Translations under genes and position numbers: made by a program | Notes under the pieces: generated by a model | Seen by the model: the letters and a program-made list of their open reading frames with translations, nothing else | Told to the model about the DNA's origin: nothing | Database searches by the model: none | Assembly (NCBI GenBank): GCA_965248575.1 | Contig: CBDFJQ010000002.1 | Location: 4,928,001-4,992,000 of the forward strand | Reading direction: 5' to 3' | DNA from: Planctomycetota bacterium | Lineage (GTDB): Bacteria; Planctomycetota; B15-G4 | DNA length: 64,000 nt | Shown here: piece by piece, positions 1 through 9,277 of the stretch | Layout of the letters: each line of letters opens with the position of its first letter | Position numbering within the stretch: the stretch's first letter is position 1

Positions 1-327
1 CAGGCCTCGGGCCGAGGAATGATCGGCAAGGCGCCACGACTCGTGGACTCGCCCTGGGTGCTTGGAGAGCCCGCGCGTCTCGCGCGCATCCTCCTGCACG
101 GGCTCAACGGCCCGGTCCTGGTGGACGGTCGCCTGTGGAACCTGGACATGCCGGCGCTTGCCGTGGATGACCAGAGCCTGGCGGCCCTGCTCACCTATGT
201 CCGTCGCGAGTGGGGACACGGAGGCGAACCGGTGTCAGCAGACTTCGTTTCGGAAGTGCGCGCAAAGACGGGCGACCGCCTCCTGCCCTGGACCGTCGCA
301 GAGCTGGAGGCGCTTCCCGCTCGCTAG
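1..327 (+). CDS. C-terminal cytochrome c-type domain of a larger protein (5' partial)
   Basis: Frame is open from base 1 (QASGRGMIGKAPRL...). The pattern PxLxxSxWV...RILLHGLxGP...MP...IAAxLTYVRxxW is typical of class I cytochrome c domains; the CxxCH would lie just upstream of the window. Confidence 0.75.
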   Translation, partial: QASGRGMIGKAPRLVDSPWVLGEPARLARILLHGLNGPVLVDGRLWNLDMPALAVDDQSLAALLTYVRREWGHGGEPVSADFVSEVRAKTGDRLLPWTVAELEALPAR

Positions 328-365
328 AAGGCGTGTCAGGCAGGACACTCTGTCTTCAGCGTGCC

Positions 366-470
366 GAGGGGGCGTGATTCTCGGGCACCAAGTCTGCAGC
401 TCAGACAACGAGGCGAACAGACGCCTCGAAAACTCGCCTCAGACCAGGAACCCAAGAATCACGCCCCCTC
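366..470. repeat. 16-bp perfect inverted repeat enclosing a further hairpin, between convergent genes
   Basis: gagggggcgtgattct (366-381) pairs with agaatcacgccccctc (455-470); inner gaggcg/cgcctc stem. Confidence 0.8.
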
Positions 471-531
471 TCGCCGTTGGATGTCGTACAGCCGCGACCG
501 GCGAAACCTTGCGTGACCCGATGGGCGTCGC

Positions 532-2211
532 TCAGTCGGCTGGAAGGGAGGTCAGGGTCTCAGCTGAGATCACGCGGAGCGCGTCGTCTTCACTCAGCTC
601 AATGCGGAGGTCCGCACCTGCGGATCCCGTGCCCCGCGGGGTTGTGCGATCCATGAGCGTTTTCCCATCCAGCACGATGGCGAGGCGGCTTCCTACAGCG
701 TGCAGTTCGAGCACGTGTTTCGACCCGGGCTCGTCAGGGGTTTCGGAGTTCCCAACGTCCAGGACCTCGTCGAAGGGGTGGAGGTGTGCGCGTAGGATTC
801 CTGTGCCGGTGTAGGTCAGTCGGAGGGAGGTGATCTCGGGGCCGACGGCGTAGGGCAAGTCATGGCCTCCGTCCCCGGACAGCACGTTGGGAGTTACGGC
901 ATGGGGTACCCAGCGGTGCTGGCCCAGGTGGCGAAGGTTCAGGTTCCGCCAGCGGATCTTCCCGGCTTGGCCGCTGTGGACCTGTAGGCCGAGCACGCCA
1001 GCGAGGGTCATGCCGTCGAGGTGGTCTGCAGCCGGGACGCCGTTGACCCAAGAGCGCAGCGAGGGGCCGATGGCTTCGATGTGGTAGTGGTTCCAGCCCG
1101 TGAGGTCGAAGGCAGCGCGCGCCAGCGGGGTGTCGCTCAGGTCGTCGAGCCAGCCCCGACGCCGCTCGTCATACAAGCCGCCGGACCAGGACCGTTCGCT
1201 GGGGTCGATTTCGATCTGGTAGCCGGACAGCGTGTTGTTGGTCGGGTCGACGGTGCTGCGGATCTGGATGCCGGAGTTGCCGAGCACGTCGAGCTTCACG
1301 TCCACATCCAGCAAGAAGTCGCCGAAGTTCCCCTGGGTCGTGAGGAAGCTTTGCTGTCCGCCGGTGACTTCGCCGGTGATGGTGCTGCCGTCGCAGGTGT
1401 AGCGGGCGTCGCCGATGCGGGACCAGCCGCTGAGCTCGGGCCCCAGGTCGAGCTGCACCATCTCGCCAGGCAGGGTGTCGAGATTCCGCACGTGGACGTT
1501 CCGGAACCAGACCTCGTTGTCGTGGTCTTGCAAGACGATGTGGCCCGGGCCGAAGCCGAAGCGGGGCAGGTCGGCGAATTTGCTGGCGCGGTGCGCCGTG
1601 TCCCACTCAGGTGTGCCGAGCTGGACACTCACCACGCGCACGTCGTTCAGCCAATGTTCAAGCAGCGGGCCGTTGGCGACGATGCGCCCCCGTTGGAACT
1701 CGCCGGCGAGGGCGACAGGTTTGTCTTGCGGGGAGGCGAGATCGTAGAGCGCGGAGGCCGAGGTGTTCGGCGTCCTGCCGTTGGGGTGCAGCGCATCGTC
1801 GAGGACCTGATACTCCGGCCCTCGTGCCGCCTGGCCGGGGGTGAGCTGGGGAACCCGCACTTTCACGCCGCTGTTGGCGCCGGGCGCCACCTTCCATTCG
1901 AAGCGTAGCTCGAAGTTCTCGTAGAGCCCGGGGGAGACGAGGTCGCCACCTTGTCCGCCGGCTTGCAGATGGAGCGTGCCGTCTGCGAAGGACCAGCCGG
2001 GGCCGATGAGCGCGTCGTCGTCCGAGTTCGCTCGGCTGCCGCGCCAACCCGGCAAACCCTGGGCCAGGAGGTCGGTCCAGCCCGCCTGGCGGTCGATGTC
2101 GCTCAGGTTGAATGGGGCGTGCGGTGCGTCCGTCCGGGGCAGCGTGCAAGCGGCATGAACCAGGAGGCTCACCAGCAAGGCGAGCAGGCGTGTGGGTGCG
2201 TTGAGTGGCAT
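532..2211 (-). CDS. Tandem DUF1080 (3-keto-disaccharide hydrolase-like) lipoprotein
   Basis: Two repeats of NF/DFxLxxE/DxK..GNSG..R..G.EYQ/YQI.D..GxIxLQxH..xxRN; lipobox-like VHAAC. Confidence 0.85.
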   Translation of the reverse strand: MPLNAPTRLLALLVSLLVHAACTLPRTDAPHAPFNLSDIDRQAGWTDLLAQGLPGWRGSRANSDDDALIGPGWSFADGTLHLQAGGQGGDLVSPGLYENFELRFEWKVAPGANSGVKVRVPQLTPGQAARGPEYQVLDDALHPNGRTPNTSASALYDLASPQDKPVALAGEFQRGRIVANGPLLEHWLNDVRVVSVQLGTPEWDTAHRASKFADLPRFGFGPGHIVLQDHDNEVWFRNVHVRNLDTLPGEMVQLDLGPELSGWSRIGDARYTCDGSTITGEVTGGQQSFLTTQGNFGDFLLDVDVKLDVLGNSGIQIRSTVDPTNNTLSGYQIEIDPSERSWSGGLYDERRRGWLDDLSDTPLARAAFDLTGWNHYHIEAIGPSLRSWVNGVPAADHLDGMTLAGVLGLQVHSGQAGKIRWRNLNLRHLGQHRWVPHAVTPNVLSGDGGHDLPYAVGPEITSLRLTYTGTGILRAHLHPFDEVLDVGNSETPDEPGSKHVLELHAVGSRLAIVLDGKTLMDRTTPRGTGSAGADLRIELSEDDALRVISAETLTSLPAD

Positions 2212-2296
2212 TCTCCTACTGTAACGGGAGCCGACGGCGCACAGCCTGTGGCATGCTGGAAGCCTCGCATAGGTTTGTCAGCAGCTCGGAGCCGTC

Positions 2297-3085
2297 ATGC
2301 AGGAGGGAGCAGGCCACAGCACGTCGGCGCGTCGAGTGTTCGTGGACGACGACTTCGCCACCACCCGCTGGAGCCTGGTGGCTGCCGCTGCGGCGGGTGA
2401 GGAGGACGGTCCCGTCGCCCGGGCGGCGTTAGAGGCTTTGTGCCAGGCGTACTGGTCGCCGCTGCATGCCTACGTGCGGCGCCGCGTATCGAACGAACAT
2501 GAAGCGCGGGACCTGACCCAGGGCTTCTTTGCCCGCCTCCTGGAACGACGGGACTTTGGCTCAGCCCGGCGTGACCGTGGGCGCATGCGTGCGTACCTTC
2601 TGACCGCCTTGAAGCACTACCTGGCCAACGAATGGGACAAGCAGCGGGCCCAGAAGCGTGGAGGAGGGGTGCAGCCGTTGTCGCTCGACTTCGAGTCGGG
2701 CTCCGTGAGCAAGCTCCCCGGAGTGGAGGGTGCCGAGACACCGGACCAGGCCTTCGAGCGCCAGTGGGTGGCAAGCCTCTTGGGTCTGGTGCTGGATCGT
2801 CTCCGAAATGAAGCCGTCGCGCAGGGCAAGCAGCAGCAATTTGATGTGCTGAAGTCGTCGCTCACGGGCAGTGCGGAGCGGGGCGAGCTCAGCCAGGCAG
2901 CACAGACGCTGGGCCTCAGTGAGGGGGCCACACGCATGGCAGCCAGCCGCTTGAGGGAACGCTACCGCCAGCTGCTGAGAGAGGAAATCGCGCGAACCCT
3001 GTGCGAACCCGCGGATTCGGCAGCCGTGGACGAGGAGATCGCGGGGCTCTTCGCATCGGTCAGGCCGCTTCCAAAAATCCTGTGA
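2297..3085 (+). CDS. ECF sigma-70 factor of the kinase-associated type
   Basis: N-terminal FATTRWSLV, then YWSPLHAYVRR and DLTQGFF, and a C-terminal sigma4 HTH; lies directly upstream of a Ser/Thr kinase. Confidence 0.9.
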   Translation: MQEGAGHSTSARRVFVDDDFATTRWSLVAAAAAGEEDGPVARAALEALCQAYWSPLHAYVRRRVSNEHEARDLTQGFFARLLERRDFGSARRDRGRMRAYLLTALKHYLANEWDKQRAQKRGGGVQPLSLDFESGSVSKLPGVEGAETPDQAFERQWVASLLGLVLDRLRNEAVAQGKQQQFDVLKSSLTGSAERGELSQAAQTLGLSEGATRMAASRLRERYRQLLREEIARTLCEPADSAAVDEEIAGLFASVRPLPKIL

Positions 3086-3148
3086 CGGAAGGAGGATCTT
3101 GCTGCAGAGGAGAGTGAGACAGCACTCCCCGACTGGAAGAACCCACCC

Positions 3149-4564
3149 ATGACCGAGACGCGAGAAACCTGCACACGTTGCGGCACACCTCTGTCCACGG
3201 CGCCTGGACTGGCGCCTGGACTGGCGCCTGGACTGGCATCTGGACTGGCATCTGGACCGGCGCCAGCCGAGACGCCCCTCGCCGGCCTCTGTGCGGGTTG
3301 CCTGCTTCGGGCCGGCATGGACGCTCCCTTCCCTGCGGAGGAACTCGAACGGCTGTTTCCGCAGCTCGAGGTGTACGAACTCATTGGCAAGGGTGGGATG
3401 GGGGCCGTGTACCGCGCACGTCATCGCAGCCTCGACCGACAGGTGGCGCTGAAGCTCCTGCCACCGGAGTTGGAGCGGGAGCCAGGTTTCAGCAGCCGCT
3501 TCTTGCGCGAGGCGCAGGCCATGGCGCGCTTGGATCACCCGCACATCGTGCGCGTGTTCGACCACGGTCAGGCGGAGGGCCAGCACTACCTGGTCTTGGA
3601 GTACGTGGACGGTCTCAACCTGCGGCAGCTCATGCGGCGTCGGGAACTGTCGACGGCGGAGGCCCTGGCCCTCGTTCCGCAGATCTGCGATGCCCTGCAG
3701 TACGCCCATGACCAGGGGGTCGTGCACCGGGATGTGAAGCCGGAGAACATCCTGGTGAACCTCGACGGCAAGGTGAAGATCGCCGACTTTGGCTTGGCGC
3801 GCATGACGCATGCCGAGGGCGGGTTGTCGTCGACGCTGACGGGCACACATCAGGTGATGGGCACGCCGCACTACATGGCCCCGGAACAGGTGGAGGGGTT
3901 TCGGGACGTCGACCACCGCGCGGACATCTACAGCTTGGGCATCGTTTTCTATGAAATGCTCACGGGTGAGCTCCCCCTGGGGCGTTTCGAACCACCGTCC
4001 CAACGGGCGGCACTCGACGTGCGTCTAGACGAGGTCGTTCTGCGGGCACTGGAGAAGCAGCCCGAGCGGCGCTACCAACGTGCAGAGGAGGTGAAGACGG
4101 CCGTGAGATCCCTGGAGCATGATGTCTCTGGGGGCAACGCGGCGGCTGGGCAGGCGGCTGCGGTTGCCGTGGGGGCGGCGTCCTCTGACGACCCGAAAGC
4201 CAACGAGGCGATGTTGTGGGCCATGCTGTGCATCGCGCTCCCCCCGCTGGCCTACTTGGGGGTCGTCGGGACCGGGACGTGGTGGCCGCTGTGCGTGCTG
4301 TTCCTGCCGGCTTTCGGCCTGGGCAGTGCACTGCCGGGCCCGGTGCTCGATACGAGCGGGCAGATCTTTGTGGTTCTGGTGGGCGTGTTCAGCGCTTTGG
4401 CCCTCATCTCGAGCATGCACGCTCTCGATGATGCGACGCCGCTGCTCGCCCTGGCACCGTTCTCCTGGGGGTTCGCGTGGGGCAAGCTACACAAAGAGAA
4501 GAAGCTAGGGGCGGCGTCTAGCCAACAGCTTCAGGGCGAGCCGCGATCGGGAGATTCCGTGTGA
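3149..4564 (+). CDS. Membrane-anchored Hanks-type Ser/Thr protein kinase with N-terminal Zn ribbon
   Basis: GKGGMG, VALK, HRDVKPEN, DFG and GTPHYMAPE motifs; N-terminal CTRC...CAGC; about four C-terminal hydrophobic helices. Confidence 0.95.
   Translation: MTETRETCTRCGTPLSTAPGLAPGLAPGLASGLASGPAPAETPLAGLCAGCLLRAGMDAPFPAEELERLFPQLEVYELIGKGGMGAVYRARHRSLDRQVALKLLPPELEREPGFSSRFLREAQAMARLDHPHIVRVFDHGQAEGQHYLVLEYVDGLNLRQLMRRRELSTAEALALVPQICDALQYAHDQGVVHRDVKPENILVNLDGKVKIADFGLARMTHAEGGLSSTLTGTHQVMGTPHYMAPEQVEGFRDVDHRADIYSLGIVFYEMLTGELPLGRFEPPSQRAALDVRLDEVVLRALEKQPERRYQRAEEVKTAVRSLEHDVSGGNAAAGQAAAVAVGAASSDDPKANEAMLWAMLCIALPPLAYLGVVGTGTWWPLCVLFLPAFGLGSALPGPVLDTSGQIFVVLVGVFSALALISSMHALDDATPLLALAPFSWGFAWGKLHKEKKLGAASSQQLQGEPRSGDSV
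3199..3264 (+). repeat. 12-bp in-frame tandem repeat, ~5.5 copies (APGL/ASGL)
   Basis: ggcgcctggact x3, ggcatctggact, ggcatctggacc, ggcgcc. Confidence 0.95.
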
Positions 4565-4616
4565 ATCGACGCACGCCCGAGGCCGACAGGCAGGGCGTGT
4601 CGATGCGCACTCCGAC

Positions 4617-5873
4617 TCAGCGCGCCTCGTCGCTCACCACCACGCCTTCGATCACCGTGCCCAGGCAGTGGGTTGTGTACTCGAAGGGGTCGCCGTCGAA
4701 GAGGGCCACGTCACCGTGCTTGCCCTGTTCGAGAGTGCCGACCTTGTCGTCGATGCCCAGGATCTTGGCGGCTTCGCGTGTGATGGACGCCAGGTTGTCT
4801 TCCCAGGAGAGCCCCCAACGCCCGGCGATGGCCGCTTCCAGGGGCAGCACGCGCACCTTGGGCACATAGTCCTCGAAGCCGCTCTGCTGGGCCATGGGGA
4901 TTCCCGCCTCGAGCAGCATGCGTGGCAACTCGAAGCTGGCGTTGGCGAAGGGGGCCGTGGGGCCCCACGCGCGCACCATCATCGGGTGAGGCAGCACAGG
5001 CACACCGGCGGCGGCGATCTCGGGCAGCAACTGGTGGGCTTCGGATGCACCGTCCAACACGAGGCGGAAGCCGAACTCTTCAGCCAGGCGCAGCGCCGTC
5101 GAGATGTCCTGGTGACGCTGGGCGGTGATGAGCAGTGGGAGTTCGCCGGCGAGCACTCGCGCCATGGTCTCCTTGCGTAGGTCCCGGTCCGGGTGGGCGC
5201 TCGCGTCCTCGCCGCCCATCTTGTCGGCGTAGGCCTGGGCGTCGATCAACGCCTGGCGCAACATCGCGGCGGCTTTGCTGCGCGTGCCGGGAGCCTTCTT
5301 GCCCTCTGCCGTGGCCCCTTCACCGAGCGTGGCGCAGACCATGGCCTGCTCCACCAGCACGGCGTCGCGCACGGTGCCGGGGATCGTCTTGGCGATCAGC
5401 GTCTGACCGGTGATCACCGCGCCGGGCGCATGCCCCGTGTGTACGGTGGTGACACCCAAGCTGGCCAGCCAGGCGACCAGGGGGTCCCGGGCGTTGTAGC
5501 TGTCGAGGGCGCGCAGCTCGGGCTGAAGCGGGTCGGTGGCGTCGAACTGGTCTTGGTCACCGTCCTGGTTCGTCCAGCCGGTAAGACCGACCGTGGTGTG
5601 GGCATCGATGAAACCGGGTACCACCACGGGGGCGCGCAGCGTGGGCATGGCGATGCGCGGGACGGGCGTGCTGGCTGCGGGGCCGACGCCCGTGATCTGT
5701 CCATTGAGGATGACCACCACACCGTTCTCGATGGGGGGGCCGGCCATGGTGTGCACCACATCGCCATAGATGAGGGCGTTCTGTGCGGCCAGCGAGGGCG
5801 TCGTGCTGCCCAGCGTGGACACCAGCAGCGCGGCGACGGCAAGGCAAGAGGAGAGCCGTGTGCGGAAGGTCAT
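4617..5873 (-). CDS. Secreted amidohydrolase-family protein with degenerate metal site
   Basis: Signal peptide; PGFIDAHT and GTLEQGKHGD motifs; start overlaps the upstream stop (TGATG at 5873). Confidence 0.85.
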   Translation of the reverse strand: MTFRTRLSSCLAVAALLVSTLGSTTPSLAAQNALIYGDVVHTMAGPPIENGVVVILNGQITGVGPAASTPVPRIAMPTLRAPVVVPGFIDAHTTVGLTGWTNQDGDQDQFDATDPLQPELRALDSYNARDPLVAWLASLGVTTVHTGHAPGAVITGQTLIAKTIPGTVRDAVLVEQAMVCATLGEGATAEGKKAPGTRSKAAAMLRQALIDAQAYADKMGGEDASAHPDRDLRKETMARVLAGELPLLITAQRHQDISTALRLAEEFGFRLVLDGASEAHQLLPEIAAAGVPVLPHPMMVRAWGPTAPFANASFELPRMLLEAGIPMAQQSGFEDYVPKVRVLPLEAAIAGRWGLSWEDNLASITREAAKILGIDDKVGTLEQGKHGDVALFDGDPFEYTTHCLGTVIEGVVVSDEAR

Positions 5874-7183
5874 CAGCGGGTGCTCCCGTAGCAGCAGAGG
5901 GATCGTGGCCCGTCGGGCCCGTCATTGGCACCCCAGCCGCCGGTGGCGTAGAGACGGTCGGTGGGGTCTGTGAGGTCGAAGACCTTCTCGCCGTCTACCC
6001 AGGTCTGCTCGACCATGGCGTAGACGCTGAGGGGGTCGGCGCTGAGCAGCACGAGGTCGGCGTCCTTGCCCACCTCGAGGCTGCCGGTGCGCTCGCCGAG
6101 GTCGAGCATCTGGGCGCCGGCGAGGGTGACCGAGGCTAGGGCTCCTGCACGGGACAGGCCGGCACGATGGGCCATGGCCGCAGAACGCAGGAACAGACGG
6201 CTGTCGTTGATGGCGTCGTCCGTGTGCATGGCGACGAGCGCGCCGGCTTGCTCGAGGATGCCGGCCGTCTTCCAGCTCATGTCCAGGGCTTCGAGTTTGC
6301 CGCCGGGTGCGTCGATCAGGATCACCGAGCAGGGAATGTTCGCAGCGGCGATCTCGTCGGCCACCTTGTAGGCCTCGGAGGCGTGCTGCAGCACCACCCG
6401 GAAGCCGAACTCCTCCTGGAGGCGCAGCACCGTCATGATGTCGTCGTGCCGATGGGTGTGGTGGTGCACGATGCGCGTGCCGTCCAGCACTTCGAGCAAG
6501 GCCTCCATGCCGAGGTCGACGTCGGGTGCCTTGCCGTCCTCGCCGTCGGCAGCCTGTTCTTGCTTGGCGCGGTACGCGAGGGCCTTGTGGAACAGTTCGC
6601 GCACGAGCGAGGCCGACTTGGAGCGCGTCCCCGGGAAGGGCGCGTCGCGCTGGCTGTTGGTTCCGTTCGCCATCTTCATGCCGCCCATGGGCCGGCCTTT
6701 GGCGTCCGGGATGACCAGGTCGTCGAGGGTGCGGCCATCGCGCAGCTTGAGGTAGACGGTCTGGCCGCTCATCAAGTGGCCGGAGCCGGGCATGAGGTTG
6801 GCCAGGGTCAGGCCGCCGGCCTGGGCCCTCTGGATGGATGGGTGGCGCACGTTCACGCCGTCGTAGGCGCGCACCTCGGGATGCAGGGGGCCGCTGCCGT
6901 CGCCGCCCCAGGGGTCGCCGATGTGGCTGTGGGTATCCACGAGCCCGGGCATGAGCACCTTGCCCGTCCCGTCGATGATCTCTGCGCCTTCGGGCACGCT
7001 CGTGTCCGCGCCACCCACTGCGACGATGCGACCGTCTTGGATCACGAGCACGCCGTCGTCGATCTCGGGGCCTGCCACAGGAATGAGGTGAACGCCGGTG
7101 AAGGCCACGGGCGTGGACTGACCAGCCGCCGCGCAGGCGAGCTGCGTGATTGCCAAGAGGGTCAGGCTGAAAAGGGTGCGCAC
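5873..7183 (-). CDS. Secreted amidohydrolase-family protein
   Basis: PGLVDTHSH, HHHTH, HASE, HTDD and GSLEVGKDAD motifs. Confidence 0.9.
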   Translation of the reverse strand: MRTLFSLTLLAITQLACAAAGQSTPVAFTGVHLIPVAGPEIDDGVLVIQDGRIVAVGGADTSVPEGAEIIDGTGKVLMPGLVDTHSHIGDPWGGDGSGPLHPEVRAYDGVNVRHPSIQRAQAGGLTLANLMPGSGHLMSGQTVYLKLRDGRTLDDLVIPDAKGRPMGGMKMANGTNSQRDAPFPGTRSKSASLVRELFHKALAYRAKQEQAADGEDGKAPDVDLGMEALLEVLDGTRIVHHHTHRHDDIMTVLRLQEEFGFRVVLQHASEAYKVADEIAAANIPCSVILIDAPGGKLEALDMSWKTAGILEQAGALVAMHTDDAINDSRLFLRSAAMAHRAGLSRAGALASVTLAGAQMLDLGERTGSLEVGKDADLVLLSADPLSVYAMVEQTWVDGEKVFDLTDPTDRLYATGGWGANDGPDGPRSLCCYGSTR

Positions 7184-7269
7184 GGCGTTCCTCGCGAGGT
7201 GGGGCGAGGCGACACGTTAGCAGGGGGGCGCCCGAGGAAGGAAATCAAAGGATCGCCTATCATCCGCCG

Positions 7270-9192
7270 ATGCCCACTCTTCAGCAGGTCTTGATCGTCG
7301 CGCTCAGCTGCGTGTTGCTAGCCCCTTCGATGGCCGCGCAAAGCGACGGCTCCGAGGCCGAGGCAGCCTGGCACCTCTCGCACTTTGGCGCTGGCAGCGG
7401 TCCGCGCGAACACGCGGGGCAGTTCCAGCTGCTCGACAGCGAGGGCAGCTTCGGGCAATCCAACGCCGTCGCCTTTGAGCGCGACGTCGAGGGTGCCTTC
7501 GAGTGGGTGCGCCTGACGTGTCGCCTGCGGGTCCAGGAAGGTGGCGACGGCGGGGCGTTCCTGTTCTTGAACACCGAGGAGTATGGCGAGCACGGGCCAG
7601 CGCCCTATGTGCCGAGCTGGGTCGAGCCCAAGCTGCGCAAGAGCCTGGCCGTGGCCATTGACGTGCACAACCCGTTGAACGAGGAACCCTTCAGCGAGTG
7701 GGGCAACTACCAGGGGCTTCCGGAGCGGGAAGTCTCCCTGCATTGGGATGGGCGGGAGCTCGTAAAGTGTGTGGCCGAGACCGAGTTCCGGGGCGACTGG
7801 GTGGACGTGGAGATTCATCTGCAGCACGTGGTGGGTGGTGCGGAGGTGAGCGTGCAGTTGGGGGAGAGCCTCGTCTTCGATCGCAGTTTCGTGCCGGGGG
7901 CTGTTCCCTACCCGATTCGGCCCGCCATCGGGGCCGGGAGTCGTGCCGATATGGCCACGCAATTCGACGTCGCCGAGCTCGTCATGGAACACGGGGAGCC
8001 GGCGCTGGCAACCCGTCGCCCGTTGCACGTGGAGGTGTTCAACCATGTGCTCACCGACAACTCCACGACCTCGTATGAAGCCGAGGTCGAGCTTCCGCCG
8101 AGCAGCTGGGCCTTCGGGCGCGTGGTCTTGACCCTCGACATCCATGACGCCGGCAAGGACTGGGACGAGTGGGATCGGCGCGGTGACCTCTACGTCTTCG
8201 ACGAGGAGGGGCAGGCCTGGGACATCCTGCCGTTCATCACCTCCTATCGCACCGAGTGCCATTGGGAGCTGGACGTCACCCACTTCCGACCGCTCTTGAG
8301 CGGCAAGACGCGCTTCAAGATCGCGGCGGGCACGAACTTCTACAAGAACCGCGGTTACATGATGAGCGTGTCCCTCGACTTCCATCACGGCGAGCCCTTG
8401 TTGGATGGCGAGCCGTTGGAAGCCTTCTCGGTCGTGCCCTTGTGGCACGGCACGGCGCAGTATCGGAACGACGAGAACCACTTCTCGGATTTCTTCGAGG
8501 CTCAGGCCGTGAGCATCCCCGCCGAGACCAAGGCTGCGCGGGTCACGACCACGACCACGGGACACTCACAGATCGGAGAGTTCACCGCCTCGGAGCGCGA
8601 ACTGGTGTTCGTGGCCGATGCCGTGACAGCTTCGGAACCGGTGCGCTTCGCGAACACGCTCTGGAAGGCGGACTGTTACCTCAACCCGAACCGTCCTCAG
8701 TTCGGAACCTGGAAATACTCACGAGCTGGGTGGGCACCGGGCGACATCGTGCATCCGTGGTGGGTTGATCTCACGCCGCACCTGATTCCAGGAGCGACGG
8801 CGGAGATCAGCTATGTGTCCAGCCCCTACGACTTCAGCGAGCTGGCAGAGGACGGTCGGCCTAGCGCTGGTCAAGTCGGTGAGGCCTCCCACGTGGTCCG
8901 CTCCTTCCTCGTGCTCTATCGCACGCCCCAGGACACGGTGGCCGCGCCGCTCGTGCGCGTGACGAATGTGGTGGGTGGCAGCGCGGCTGCCGAGGCCGGC
9001 ATCCAGCAAGGGGACTATCTGTCGAGCTACGACGGCGTGCCGGTGGACTCCGTCCCGGAGCTGTCGGCGGCCAAGGCAGCGGCCACCGAGGCCGGCAAGG
9101 AGCGTGTCCCCGTCGTGGTCTTCCGCGGTTCGGAACGCCTGGAGCTGGAGATGGCGACGGGGCAGATGGGCGTGAACCTGGCCACGCCCTAG
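7270..9192 (+). CDS. Secreted L-type-lectin-like + PNGase F-like + PDZ domain protein
   Basis: Signal peptide; GGDGGAF..SLAVAID (legume-lectin-like); DEWDR, ITSY, WELDVTHFRPLL, TGH..GEF and SRAGWAPG (PNGase F); VxxGSAAAEAGIQxGD (PDZ). Confidence 0.75.
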   Translation: MPTLQQVLIVALSCVLLAPSMAAQSDGSEAEAAWHLSHFGAGSGPREHAGQFQLLDSEGSFGQSNAVAFERDVEGAFEWVRLTCRLRVQEGGDGGAFLFLNTEEYGEHGPAPYVPSWVEPKLRKSLAVAIDVHNPLNEEPFSEWGNYQGLPEREVSLHWDGRELVKCVAETEFRGDWVDVEIHLQHVVGGAEVSVQLGESLVFDRSFVPGAVPYPIRPAIGAGSRADMATQFDVAELVMEHGEPALATRRPLHVEVFNHVLTDNSTTSYEAEVELPPSSWAFGRVVLTLDIHDAGKDWDEWDRRGDLYVFDEEGQAWDILPFITSYRTECHWELDVTHFRPLLSGKTRFKIAAGTNFYKNRGYMMSVSLDFHHGEPLLDGEPLEAFSVVPLWHGTAQYRNDENHFSDFFEAQAVSIPAETKAARVTTTTTGHSQIGEFTASERELVFVADAVTASEPVRFANTLWKADCYLNPNRPQFGTWKYSRAGWAPGDIVHPWWVDLTPHLIPGATAEISYVSSPYDFSELAEDGRPSAGQVGEASHVVRSFLVLYRTPQDTVAAPLVRVTNVVGGSAAAEAGIQQGDYLSSYDGVPVDSVPELSAAKAAATEAGKERVPVVVFRGSERLELEMATGQMGVNLATP

Positions 9193-9277
9193 TGTCCAGC
9201 GGCACCGGTTCTTGGTTTCTCTTCCAGCCGGGCTTCCACGCCAGCCGAACAGGGGTGAGTCCCCTGGAGGCCCTGCC

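Noticed and set aside
3199..3264. CRISPR-like repeat
   Set aside because: These are contiguous 12-bp units with no spacers, in frame within a CDS, and no cas genes are present.
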